Shown here: positions 12,877 through 25,193 of the stretch, piece by piece
Layout: each line of letters starts with the position of its first letter
Position numbering within the stretch: position 1 is the first letter of the stretch
Source: Lophium mytilinum
Taxonomy: Eukaryota
Direction of reading: 5' to 3'
NCBI GenBank assembly: GCA_010093605.1
Contig: MU004189.1
Coordinates: forward strand, 999,834-1,063,833
Length of the DNA stretch: 64,000 nt
Translations under genes and position numbers: made by a program
The notes under the pieces: generated by a model
What the model was told of the DNA's origin: nothing
Database searches by the model: none
Seen by the model: the letters and a program-made list of their open reading frames with translations, nothing else

Positions 12877-14038
12877 GACTTCCTCACAAAACGGGACGCG
12901 TGTATGACTGATGCTCGTGTTGCGGTTCAAAGAGCGGGTTTGGCGTTGGAGGTTGCTTCACGCCGTTGCTTCGTGAAGGAGAGATGATGGAAAGTAGCCG
13001 TCGAGCGCCGGAGAGAGATTCCCGCTCACGGGAGAAGATGGTGTCAGCATCCAGGTTGGCCTCTGGTTCCTTGCATACCCGACGACGGCAGTTTCTCATT
13101 TTGTTCTTTTTGCTTTGCTTGGTTGGTTTTCTCGTTCGACGCTGCTGATTACTGAGATGCCGATCAGTGCTGCAAGAGTGATGCCAGGGATCGTTGACGG
13201 GACTCCGGGTGCAGCGCATGAGATCTGTGACCTCTTAAATGACGAGAAACAATTGCGGGGAATCGTTATGGTGCACCAAACGTGCTGTCAATGCAGGGGT
13301 ATCCGACGTAGCAGGTCAAAATCTTATTCCCGCGTTCGAATGGTTGTGGAAGTCGGCTATCAGAAACTTAAAAACTTAACATTCTTCGCCGGGATTTTAG
13401 TATAGATATCTGTTTGCGAATGACCCAATGCTGTTGCAAACATAGTTCAAGAATCAATGTCGGAATGAGGCGTGATGATTCTGACAACGTTGATATTACC
13501 ACGAAAATCTCTGCGGATGAGCAGTGCATGATCAGCAACCTCAGCCCTATCGAGCGTAGCTCTACGCCGACAATCCCGATTGGACAAGAAGGGGAATTGT
13601 ATACATCGAGTTAGCATTTGGAATCTCTCTCGAATATTACGGCAGAGATACCTCACTGTAATGTGACTCGGCGAATTGGCATCCAGAATTGGGCTGAGCT
13701 GTTGCTGAGGTCAGCCTCCCTAGCTTACTGTCACAACACATCCATGCCGCTCTTTCCCCCTTCCGACACGAGTACGGATTATGACCACTATTGTTTAGAC
13801 TTCGGGGATGCGGTTGCTGACAGCGCCACACCACGGTGCCTTGTCTGCCAATCCCTTCTCTTCGCAGTAGATGCTCCCCGGGGTCATTCTTCAAATCCCC
13901 AACGCGTCATTGCTTTCTTAATATAGACCACACGATGGCGATACACCGCTCGGCAACTAGATTATATAATCGCAGTACCTGCGTCTCCATGCCCCTGTGC
14001 TAAAGAGCAACCGTCAGCCTCACAAAGGAAAACCAAAA

Positions 14039-15060
14039 ATGAAGCTCCTTACCTTCCTTCTCCCTTCAGTATCTTTCTTCGCCGTAGCGGCCAAATGCGC
14101 CTCGAAGACCGGAGGCTGCGGCCAACCTTTGCCGTCCGGTGTAGCCATTGGCGTACTCGCAGCGTCAAACAGCCATATGCACATCAACAGCGGAAATCGG
14201 GAACGGACATATCTAGTCCATGTACCAGAAAATTACGACGTCAACGCCGCGGTGCCTCTGATTCTGTCGTTCCACGGCCGCACCAAGAGCGCGACAGAGC
14301 AGGAGGGGTTGTCTCAGTTCTCGAACTCTTCGTACAACCCTGACGCAATCGCTGTATATCCCGAGGGCGTACCCGTAAGCCGCCTTTTGCCACGCAGTGG
14401 AATAGCACTTACAAGACTTAGGACGCCAAGGGCCACCAGCAATGGACCAGCGACCCAGATGCCCCTGCGGATATCGACGATATCCTTTTTACGTCTGACC
14501 TGATCAACCACCTCCTGAGCCGCTACTGCATCGACCCTTCACGGGTCTACGCCGCCGGTAAATCCAATGGTGGAGGTCTCGTGAACCTGCTCGCTTGCGA
14601 TCCAGGCACCTCTGCCAAAATCGCCGCTTTCGCTGCTGTATCCGGTGCATTCTATATTAACGGATCGACGGGGAAGCTACCGCCTTGCAAGCCCGCCCGC
14701 GTGCCAATCCCGGTGTTGGAGACGCATGGATTGAAGGATCACACGATTAACTACACCGGCGGGCCCGATAAGTCGCATCGCGGAGATACGATGCCGATAG
14801 TATCGTGGGTGGACGACTGGGCGACAAGGAACGGCCTTGAGATTGACGCAAACAAGACGACGACGCTGTGCGGTGACGGAGCTAGGACAGTGAAGAGATA
14901 TAACTGGGCAGAGACTGTGGAGCATTATACGTTCAAGAATCTGTACCATGATTGGCCGAGCACGTTCGCGAATGATGATACGGATTTGACGAGTTGCATT
15001 GATGCAACGAAGGAGATTATGGGGTTCTTTGGGAAGTGGACGTTGAAAGGAAAGGCTTGA
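14039..15060 (+). CDS. Secreted alpha/beta-hydrolase, CE1-type (feruloyl esterase C / PHB-depolymerase-like)
   Basis: Signal peptide MKLLTFLL. RTYLVHVP..PLILSFHG..AVYPEG. Intron 14375-14421. Nucleophile motif GKSNGGG, then HGLKD and a late His (HDWPS). Confidence 0.88.
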
Positions 15061-15196
15061 TCGAAAGAAAGCTAGGATTGGGTAGAGCGTCGAGGTCAAA
15101 TTATTGCAAGCATGTATAATATTGGTTTGACAGGGTGAAACGGGAGCCGAACCCTGAACCTACAGTAATATGCAGAGGTCGCTTCCTACAGCAAAC

Positions 15197-17161
15197 CTAG
15201 TGCTCGCAAAAGTTGTACTCATCCATGTTCTTATCAACAGCATCCATCAGCTTCGTGCGCTCCTCCATTAACTCCAACCGCAAATCTTTAGCCTCGGCCA
15301 TTCCGATTGGCCACTCGCCAATCATTTCGCCTACTTCTGCCGCCAGCTCCACGGGAAGCCGACCAAAGACTTCTTCTTCCACTTGCTTCAATCCCGCCTC
15401 TAGCCACCAGTCATGCCTCTGCGGAGGAACGTTCCTCGTAGACATCACGCGATAGTACGGATCGACGAGCCACAAAACCAAGAATCTCCGATGTCCAGGC
15501 CTTTTTTTGTCTTCTAGAGTGAAAGGCTCGACGCAGTGCTGTAGCGTGTTTGGAAAAGCGATCAAGCGGCCTTGAGGCGTGGCAACGCTGCCGAGCTCTT
15601 GCACGGCGGGTTCGTTCCGCAAAGAGTCGCAACCAAAGATCTCGGAAAGGGGACCGTGGTCGTCTTGCTCGTAGCCCATTTCCATGCTGTCAAGATTGGC
15701 TTCTTGTCGGAACCGGATTCGTGCGGTGGTGGTGTTTTCGACGTCATAGTAGTATATCGCGGTGCCCACAATGTGCTCGTTAAGCATTCCTTCGATATGC
15801 CAGCTGCCGCCCTCGTAGTCGGGCTTATCGGGCGTGAGCTCGATGCTGGCAAGCTTGACGATGACTTGAAGACCTTTCTCACGGAACGTGTCCTGCAATT
15901 TGACGTCGTAATAAATGTGTGGTCGGCCTCTGCCATACCCCGTGGTAACAACAGCACCGTGCGTCTCTCCTTTTTTCCAGTCTTCGTACGAATATGCAAC
16001 GCTTGGCTCCGGGTGAGCGATTCTGCGAATCCGCTTCCATTTCCAATCCACTGCGCCCCACATTGAGGGATTGTCAGACTCTACCCATGTACCGTCCTGA
16101 TACTCAATCTCATCGTCGTCAGAATCTATATCCTCGGCATCTGGTCGATCGGGAATGGCGAGGTACTCTTTGACTCTGGCTAGAGATTCTTGGTAGCCTT
16201 CCGCCTCAGGTTCCTCTTTCAAATCGTTTGCCCATTCAGGATACTGGTTCTCAAATGAAGAACCAAAAGTCTGGATTCGAGGAGGCATGCGACCATCGCC
16301 GCCATAAGAGCCCTTGATGAGAATGTCGTTCCATGCAAGAATTGCCAAGCTGATGAGCTTCTCGATAACCCCATATAGAGGCTTGTTAGGAAGGGGATGC
16401 AGATTGTTGATGTACGATGTAATTTGGACATCCGTCCCCTGGTCACCCTTGAAGGTAACTTCGCAAGGAAGCCATTGAAACTTGTTCGACCATCTGCCAG
16501 AGTTGTTGATTTGTGACCTGGAGTGGAAACCCTTTACATTGTCGTCGACTTCTTGGTCCCCAGGGACAACCTCGCCTTTGCCGTAGGAATCCATGAAGTT
16601 ATCAAGGCCGACAATGCCTGTCTTCAAAACACGAGACTTGCCGTAGACAAGAGGAAATAGAGACGGGTGGACCAAATTGAGTACTTGGTTGCCGGAATTC
16701 GGATGCCAGTCTTTGGCGGGGCTGTCAAGCAAAGGCTGCACAGCCTGGAGAAGCTCGGTCCTTAGAGTCTCATCAACGATGGTGTCGGACTTGGCGCAGA
16801 CAGATCCAGTGTCCAAGGTCAAGACATAGCCCTTCTCCTCGTAGAAGCGGGCCTTGTCTCGCAGCTCGAGCAGACACCAGTCCCACGCTTTCTCGCTGAT
16901 CAAGGGCATCTGCAACGCCTCCTCGCGCCACTTGGCAACGATTGTATCATCAAAAACCTTCCTCGTCCATTCGGGCTTGTCGGTAAGGGCTTCCATGACC
17001 TTGAGCATGGCGAGCTCGCGCACCGTGAGGCGGGGGTTTTGTTGCCAGCTGCTCGCGCCATGGGCGAACTTATCCTCGTCATTCCAGCCTTTGGTCCAAT
17101 CTATAGGGAGGCCGAAGCCAGGGACGCTAATGGGCTCCTCGCCATCGTTGTGACAAGTCAT
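15197..17161 (-). CDS. DUF4246-family protein (2OG-Fe(II) oxygenase-like)
   Basis: Long intronless ORF with DWHPNS..VLNLVHPSLFPLVYG, FQWLP, QVIVKLASIELTP..GGSWHIEG, FPNTLQHCVEPF and GHRRFLVLWLVDP. Start may be 17182. Confidence 0.85.
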   Translation of the reverse strand: MTCHNDGEEPISVPGFGLPIDWTKGWNDEDKFAHGASSWQQNPRLTVRELAMLKVMEALTDKPEWTRKVFDDTIVAKWREEALQMPLISEKAWDWCLLELRDKARFYEEKGYVLTLDTGSVCAKSDTIVDETLRTELLQAVQPLLDSPAKDWHPNSGNQVLNLVHPSLFPLVYGKSRVLKTGIVGLDNFMDSYGKGEVVPGDQEVDDNVKGFHSRSQINNSGRWSNKFQWLPCEVTFKGDQGTDVQITSYINNLHPLPNKPLYGVIEKLISLAILAWNDILIKGSYGGDGRMPPRIQTFGSSFENQYPEWANDLKEEPEAEGYQESLARVKEYLAIPDRPDAEDIDSDDDEIEYQDGTWVESDNPSMWGAVDWKWKRIRRIAHPEPSVAYSYEDWKKGETHGAVVTTGYGRGRPHIYYDVKLQDTFREKGLQVIVKLASIELTPDKPDYEGGSWHIEGMLNEHIVGTAIYYYDVENTTTARIRFRQEANLDSMEMGYEQDDHGPLSEIFGCDSLRNEPAVQELGSVATPQGRLIAFPNTLQHCVEPFTLEDKKRPGHRRFLVLWLVDPYYRVMSTRNVPPQRHDWWLEAGLKQVEEEVFGRLPVELAAEVGEMIGEWPIGMAEAKDLRLELMEERTKLMDAVDKNMDEYNFCEH

Positions 17162-17938
17162 TGTGGTAGTTCGGCGGCTCATGGAGAAATTGATTGCGAG
17201 GTGGGAGGCTTTAGACTGGCTGCAAAGTTCGTTGTCAGCAATGCGCACGATACTGCGGTGAGGAAAGGGCTTGCCGTGCAATGAGTGATGAGACGCGCCG
17301 AAAGAGCATCTCTCGACTGATTTATACGCGTCGACTACGCGCCATCGTGCGCAGGCTGTAACCCGGAAGTGGAGTGGTTATCAGGCTCCCATCATGGCAG
17401 CCTTGCTAACCGATGAGAGGATTGCCGAGCGAGTCAGCCAGCGTCCATCGCGGTGTCACGGGTTCGCGCGCTCCACGCAATCGACATCTCATACAAGATG
17501 GGATTAAGAATCGACATGCCTGGATTCGATTGAGATGGGAAAATTAGTGGGAGTGGACAGCCGTCGTCAGTACCAGCCAGGTAAAGGCCGTGCGGGGTGG
17601 GTGTAGAAGATCTCTACCAGCATTCAACTCTCGGACTCTTGCATCACGAATTCATCCCCAGCACCCTCGCCATCTCCACCTTATGTACTTCTATAGCCCG
17701 CTTTCCACGATGCAATAGCGCTAAGTAGTGTTTCACTTGTCACACGAAGCCTTCGTCATCACTCTTGCAGCAAGCCGTCGTTTTGCACATCTCGTCCACT
17801 GTTCATTGAAAGCTATTTACAAGGCATCAATTCGTTAAACCATGGCGCAAATCCCGAGTTCGAGTTCGATCCAATCTTCGCTCTGTCTCCATCCATTCCC
17901 AACAGCAAGATGCCACCACAATCATACATCCTCTGCGT

Positions 17939-20324
17939 TTAAAGCCTGGCCAAGCCCGCAATCTCACGAGGGGCGTGGTAGTTCGGAACCTTCATGTCGA
18001 GAGCTTCACCCGAGTATCCAAGGTCCTCGGCAACCAGCATAGCGGCTTTCTCGCCGATGAGCAAAGCGGTCGAATACGTGTTGCACCCTATCAGACGTCA
18101 GTAAACTTGTTCAATAGAAGATTCAAGGTGGGCCCAGGAGTTGCGCGGGTCACTTACCAACGTTGTCGGGGCAAATGGAGAGATCCGCCACCTTCAAGCC
18201 CTTCACGCCATGGACGTTCAGTCTCTCGTCCAGAACGCCATGCTTGACAATCGAGTTGCCCTCCCTTGGCGCCATAGAGCACGTGCCCAGCGAGTGCCAG
18301 GTCGTCTCCACGTGCCTCTTAGTCCAGTCCTCAATCTTCTGAATGTCGTCGTTGCTGTACTCGAGATCTTCGCGCATATCCTGGCAGCTGGAGTTGATAA
18401 GTGTAGGCTCCGGCTTGCGTCCCTCTTCGACTGGCATTGACCAAGAACCTAACGCGATTGTGTCAGAAGCATGAAGATCAAGACTCCAAGAAAAATAAAG
18501 ATAGGGAGTAGAAGTGCGTCGAGTCCGAACGTACCATGCTGAATGCCAGCAGTAACATTTCCTTCCAATGCGTATGCATTAGTGGTTGCTAGGTCCATGT
18601 CCTTCGCTCTCGCCTTCGAATTAAATTTGTAGAACGGGTGCATGGCTTGAACCTCGCCGGCGTATGCATCCATACGGCGCGCTGTCTCACGCGACTTAAT
18701 ATATCCCCAGACCATTGGAGCCATATCGCGCTTATCGTTCATGAAACCAGCATCGAAATCTGGAGCTTCATAACAATTGGCCGAAGTGATATGCGTTGAG
18801 CCACGCGAGAAGGGGTACTCGAGGAAGTGGAACATGGTGAAGAATTTGCCAGGGGGCATGAGCATGTGATCTGAAGACTTGTTAGCGCCGATGAAGGGTA
18901 TTATAGGAGTGGAGGTGAGTGAGCATACCTCCAAACCATCCAGCAATGACGCTGTAGTGCATGACCGGCTTGTCTGGCTTCTCCTTGAAGTAATTGTCCC
19001 ATCCGCTTCTAAACTCTTTGCATGGCCAACTATCCATCTGCTTCAGCTCCTCTTCCGTGGGCCTAACTTTCACACCTGCATCAATTCCATTGGTAGCCAG
19101 TGGTCCGGTACCGTTGGTGTCCCACTGCCGGAAGACCTTCTCTTGCACCTCCGGCACACCTCTCACAAAGTCGTCGAAGGAATCCACATTGGGTTTAGCA
19201 CGGAAGACAGAGAACGTGAGATAATGGTCCTGGAAGTTCAAGCCGACGCCAGGGAGGTCGACAAGAGGCTTGACGCCAGCTTTGCGAAGCTTCTCGGGAT
19301 CGCCAATACCAGAGCGCTGAAGAATCAATGGTGAGCTCAGAGTGCCACCAGAGACGACAATCTGCTTTCGAGCCCTGATGGTCTTGAATTGGTGCTTCTG
19401 GTTCGGATGCAGCGGCTTCATTGGGCAAACTTGAACACCAACAGCCCGACCACCTTCTAGAATGACTTTGTCAACCTTGGTGTTGCACATAAGGTGGAGG
19501 TTCTGGTGCACCGATCTGGTGCTGTGAATGTAGCCGTGAGCCGAGTCGCTGCGACGGCCGGTATCCCGGTTGATCCATTTGAGCCAGTGCTCAGCACCGT
19601 GGCCGGTTGTTAAGTCCTGCAGATCATCGGTAGTGGGGATACCCTGCGACTCGGTGGCACGTAGGAAGTCTTCCTTGATGGGGTAGGTGTGATTACCAAA
19701 CGAGACCTTGATAGGGCCGTCGAAGCCGTGGATGTCGCGGTTGTTGCAGGAACGCTGGTAGGTTTCGTGCTTTTTCATCAGCGGAATCAGTTCCTTGGTG
19801 GTCCAACCCTTGGCTTGGAAGTCGTCATAATCGGAAGCGGAAGCACGGGTGTACATCTAACTGACGTTAGCCAAATTTCAAGACCATTTCATACACGCTG
19901 TTGGCATACCATGAAGTTGATGGATGATCCACCACCTAGGATGTTAGCACAAGGAACGACTGCTCGTCGCCCATCAAGCCACTCAGAAGGCCTGGAGTAG
20001 TAGAACGAGGCTGTCTTGCTATCAAGCTTCATGTTACGAGGATAGATTCCTGGGCGGAAGACCCTATTGAGCGATGATCAGTAAGGCATTCTCGACTGCT
20101 ATCACGAGGAAGCTTGCAATGGCCATACCATGGATTGTTGAGATTGCTCTCTCCCCCCTCAATCAAGAGGACCTGGAGATTATGATCCAAGTTCGCCAGT
20201 CGTCCAGCGACTACGCATCTACCCGGAGATATCAGCAAGCATTTTCCAGATGCCACATTGACAGGACCCACCCTGTCGACCCGCCACCGCAAACAATGAT
20301 ATCGACCTCGTCCGGAATCGTCAT
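17939..20324 (-). CDS. AOX1: Peroxisomal alcohol (methanol) oxidase, GMC oxidoreductase AA3_3
   Basis: Seven exons: [76 protein letters not shown]. The C-terminus GLARL* is a PTS1 signal. Confidence 0.95.
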
Positions 20325-21700
20325 TCTGAGTTCTTTGTTCTCGAATCGGATCACTGGAGATGGAGATTGTGTGAACTTGAGCTCCTGAAGCTACAAGAAC
20401 TATCGATGGACCTACCCCGACCGAACCTCTACGTCTTAAATCCCTCGACCCCGCATTTCCCCTTTCTCGGGAGTAAGGAACTCCTCACCAGCTGACGAGA
20501 GCTTCGCCTCCTAATCGAAGGCTAGAAGTATCATCCATGTCAAAGAGCGCCTGAGACTCGACGCATGCAACCATACCGGACTGAAACAGGCAAGCTACAC
20601 TGCAAGATGACAGAGGATGCCTGTACGACCCCCGCATCTCACACTGAGTGGCATTGGTGCCGTGTGCCATCCTATCACGGTGAAGCATAGCGTTGTATAT
20701 CGCAGCTCGTGACTTTGACATCTCGGAGCTTGCGTGGAAAACAGTCGGCAAACTTAGCGGACCGCACGGTTGGGACGTGGAGAACAGCCGCTAAGATAGT
20801 GCAGCCGCTCTAAGAAACCTTGCAATGCGGAGAAGCTCCAAGGTGATCAAGAGGGACTTCGGGGGCTACGCAAGGGCTCACTTGGAAACTATCAGCTTCG
20901 CCTGGGTTACTGGGATCTAGCATGGCAGTCTATTATGTTTTCGTTACTGGAAGACATTGCAGGAACACCCGGATGCTTGAAGCATAGAAATCATCAAGTT
21001 CCCAGATTTTGAACATCTTGAACTGCAGACCTTTCGAGAGCCAGGCATACGACTCAACATCTTCAACCTCGAAAGAGAGCATAGCTTACCCTTCTCGGCG
21101 CTGTCTACCGTCCCCCCACAGCCCGATTGTCAAAGTCAACGATATTCATTCCTTCCACTTTGATTCGGCGGCTACTTACTCCGTAGCACATTGCGGGGAA
21201 GTCTCAAGCTCAACTGCCGACTCAAGAAGTTGCATTAGTAGTCTCCCGCGGTTTTGACCAAGAATAACATCCTGGCCAATATCAGCACTACAACCTCGAC
21301 TTAACTTCTGCACCGCTTCAAGGTAAAAGTTCCTCTCAGCTTGCAATTAGGACGGAACATTTCAAAGTCAGAAAATCCATCCAACTCCTGCGGAACGAAC
21401 AAAATCCCCTAAACGAACAGGAAAAGAAACCCCAATCTCACCTCTTACGACGAACCGACGTCAAAACTAATCACCCCAAACCAGCATGCCGCTGTCATCC
21501 ACAAAAAACGCACCAATCGTTCCTCCTGTCCAACGTCGTCCCGCCCTGCTAAAAGAACAGTGGGGCTGAATCCGGGGTATCAAGCGATCAGCAAATGCGG
21601 GGAAGCTCTTCGAAGAAGCTCTCCCCTGTCGCACCGCACCATCACGGCAACTACCGCCTTTCCACGCCTCCTACCGCAACCGCGGAGGGCTATTCTTGTT
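20325..21700 (-). promoter_or_regulatory. Alcohol oxidase upstream region with several SYGGRG (CreA/Mig1-type) motifs
   Basis: CCCCGC/GCGGGG/GTGGGG/CCGGGG copies near 20449, 20631, 21193, 21560, 21572 and 21597. This fits glucose repression of alcohol oxidases, but the motifs are short and occur by chance. Confidence 0.3.
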
Positions 21701-22073
21701 GCTATTACTGCATGGCTGCAAGCCAAAAAGCGCCGGCGTCGCGCGGACTAACTCGCTACCCCTCGTTCGATCGTGAATACCCAGCAGCTCGCGTTCACGA
21801 TCGTGGAAACGATCTGGGAATCGGAGCGGGAGGCTTGCGACGCCTTCATCGTTTTTGCGTATATGAAATCTAGAACTGGCTATCTGCTTATGTAAAGCTG
21901 GAACGTCTTATTCCCGGCCCCTCGCATGCCCCCTCTTTGGGGCCACGGATATTCGATGCATGCGCCAATCGGGCTGTGCAGGTGTTGGAAGGTTTCCCGA
22001 TTCGTTCGTGGGGTATGCAGGTCTCGGGGTGTGCGGATCCGCATTTTCACGCGGGTCCGCGTGGTCCTGGTAC

Positions 22074-22135
22074 GAGCTGTGTGGAGAGCTATGTGGGGAA
22101 CTGTGTGGGGAGTTGTGTGGGCAGCTGTGTGGGGT
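22074..22135. repeat. Degenerate 12-bp tandem repeat (~5 copies, gagctgtgtggg)
   Basis: gagctgtgtgga gagctatgtggg gaactgtgtggg gagttgtgtggg cagctgtgtggg is directly visible. Confidence 0.85.
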
Positions 22136-22891
22136 AGGTACCTAGCTTTTCATTTTACTCTTCATCTGACGAGGAGACGAATTGCAAGCTGTGGTTCGTG
22201 AGGTTGTTTCTGATGTCAACGACTTTACTTCCTTGCTGGTAGAGCACTTTGTAAGTAAGATTGAAGGCTGAGGAGAATTGCCTTGGCGTCCTGCAAATTA
22301 CCAACGTAGATACCAACTTTACCCGCCTGGGTAGAGCTTGGCGTGATCTGAAAGGGAAAAAGGTGGAACACAGAAAGCCATATGTAACTTGGCATTTCAA
22401 AGTTGGTGCTATGGCTCGGCACATAGTTGCTATCATCTTCTCTTAGTTACAGGGCATATCGATTTCCAAGGCCTAGGGCGAGGCCTGCCACAATTCGTTC
22501 ATATTAGCAGGTTATTGTTATTAATGGTAGGATGTAATTCTTGTCAGTGAAGTCCCTCCTAAATTTAGTCAGGACAGCTAACTCCAGAGCCTGAGAAGCG
22601 CTCTCGAGGATCTAAGCTTTCAGGCGTGGAAGCCTTCTGGATAGGAACCGAAACCGCGTGGATAGTAGTTTAGTAACAGCCCAGAAGTCTGGACACACTA
22701 GTTCTTCATCGGTTGGGTCATTTAGAGAGAATTTCGAAGATGCAAGCGCAATGTCGAGGCTTACCCATTGCAGACTACACTGACCCTTGACTACTGGCTG
22801 CTCAGTCGCTAGGCTACCCACGACAGTGGTGTCAAGTGATCAGGATAAGCCGAGCAGTGATGAGTCCGTGTGCCCAGACTTATGATAACAT

Positions 22892-23400
22892 CAGTCCCTA
22901 TATCGCGAGCCACCCTACGTCGCGAGCCGCATTCCTAAATCCAACCTCTTAAAAGTTTCCCTCGCAAGCTAATAAAGATGTTGTCCGTATCTTACCGTTT
23001 TACGACCCTGTTTCTACTAGAATTCTGTTGCACGAAGAGAATTTCGGAGTTTTGATCACGCTATCGATCTTTTCATTCACGCCATCATTTGCTCCTTCCC
23101 CGAAACACCCCTGCTAAATCACGACTAGGGGAATATTTCGTATAACCGGGGTGCTGGGGAGAAAAGCACTGTCACAGTAAAATATAGTTTCGAGCGTGGT
23201 ATAAACGACGCTGAGAAAGAGGCCAAAATGCTTGCGAAAGAGGCCAAGAAAGTCGCGCGGGCTACGCAGTCAGCCGAGGCCATTGTAGGCAAGAAGAAAC
23301 CAGGTCGGAAGCGGAAGATTCACGCATTAGAGGTAGAAGCGCCAGCACCAAAGGCTAAGATGGTGCGAAGTGCAGGTTGCGGAGGCTGAGGAAGAAGTAG
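22892..23400 (+). mobile_element. Degenerate, internally deleted pogo/Fot1-like (Tc1-mariner) DNA transposon remnant
   Basis: Left end cagtccc..tcgcgagccacc..tcgcgagccgc carries a duplicated subterminal motif. 23208-23375 encodes AEKEAKMLAKEAKKVARATQSAEAIVGKKKPGRKRKIHALEVEAPAPKAKMVR, resembling basic C-terminal tails of fungal pogo-like transposases. No DDE core or right TIR was seen. Confidence 0.5.
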
Positions 23401-23578
23401 GGGGAAGATCGTCGGCCGCAGTACCGGGCGTAGAGGAGGATGAAGTTACGCCTGCGCCATGGAGAGCCCCAGTGGCGAAGATGTGGTAGCAGAGAACCAG
23501 ATGATAGATTAACAGTATTTAGAGGGTTATAAAGTTGCCATGTTCGGTGAATCATATGTAGTAACGTTAGCACGGACG

Positions 23579-24221
23579 TCACCCAAAGTACATTTCCATT
23601 TCTAAACCTAACTCTGTATTCAATACCTCTGACAAGTTTGTGCCACTACTCATGCGTAGCCATTGTCCCATTGTTCGGCCATCATCGACATATTGCTTCT
23701 CCCCATGTACAACCCAGTCGTAGGCTTCCGACCCTGAGATCGGCGAACACAGCCAGATTTGCTTGGTTGAGCGCTGGCACTTGAGGATGTAGTCGCCAAC
23801 GCCTGGAGCGGTGATGGTTATGATGTCATTCTGAAAGTAATTAAGACAATTAGCTTTGACCTGAGAGAGTTGAAACCATAAGGGATCAGTGAGATCCTGC
23901 CTGATGTTTCAGCGTAATACTAGATCCCTCTTCCTGTGCATACTCTGCATACTCCATGACTGCTTCGAAATATACCTCTACCAAATCACAGTAGTCTTCA
24001 TCGGATAGTTGTGTCGCCTCTATAGCTTGTTTCTTTTGTTTCTTGGACACCGGTGGAGATGCCAAGCTAGCTCTTCCGTGGCCAGAATGACCCCACCGGG
24101 CTGAAGAGGATAAACCGTTCCATGTTTCGCAGTAAAGGAAGACTGTTCGTATGCTAGGAACGCGAGAAAGCGATGGGTTATAAAGAGCACGAGGAAGGCG
24201 CCGGAGTACCCTTAAAGCCAT
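23579..24221 (-). CDS. Divergent frataxin (CyaY/Yfh1)-like mitochondrial protein
   Basis: Arg-rich presequence MALRVLRRLPRA and acidic helix LSDEDYCDLVEVYFEAVMEYAE. Exon 2 (23830-23579) reads NDIITITAPGVGDYILKCQRSTKQIWLCSPISGSEAYDWVV..GQWL..TNLSEVLNTEL, matching the frataxin QIWLSSPxSG motif. Confidence 0.8.
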
Positions 24222-25193
24222 AAGCGTTGCAGTTGCGGCGTAGTGGCGATGAAGGTCTGTCAGCGCACATTGGCAGGACTGCTGATAGTAACGGAGCGGA
24301 TTTACGACCATCCGACAGCTGGCTGTCATGTGCTGCCATTTTCAGGCTAGCCGCAACTGTCGATTTCCGACGGTCTTGGCGACAATAGCCTTAGCATCTA
24401 ACTTCTTCCAACCCGCTTTTCAACTCATCGAATCCGGTGCGACCCAAACTTGCAGCAATTATGGCACAAGATAGTGACCACTTGGATGCGACAGTTTTTA
24501 TGCCTCATAGTAGGCTAGGAGGTCTTTCGGAATATCTTGATTGCATTCCCCATTACTTATTTATTCCGCACCACTTCACCTCGATCTGACGGCACCACTA
24601 CCAAGACTTTAATCGCATCGGCTGCGGTAAAACACCACTTGAATCAGAGTGATATCTTAGGTCGATACTGGGAAGAAGCTGTCGAGATGCTCAAGAGTCA
24701 TTTGTTATGGCAGATCGTACGGAGTGAGGAGAGCTCGATGGTGGAGATGTGTAGAGGCGACTTTTTTTGCCACGGTAAGGACGGTCTCCGCAAACCCGGC
24801 GACCATAGGGCGACACCTACGTAATATTTGGTTAGGACACGTCGCAACGGTCCAAGAGTAGCTAAAATACAGGATTTACTTAGACGCAAGCATTTGCAGA
24901 TGTGGTGGCGAGGTTGAGATCGTCCTCACGACAAAGTACCTACGAATTAGCTCGCAACGGATGGTGGCTCGCTACGCAGGGGTGGATGTTAGTACTATAC
25001 TCACATGTCTAAGAGGATTTCGCAAATGATGGACTCATCAAAGCTTCGATTTCAGATTCAAGTAGCGTTTCGTATAAGCCATGATTACCATCAAGAAAAT
25101 CTCCCTTTTAGCAACACCTGTTATTCCTTCTCAAAAACCCCATTTCGCTCTACTCTCATTCCTTCTCTCTCTATACTCCACAAATTTTTTAAC

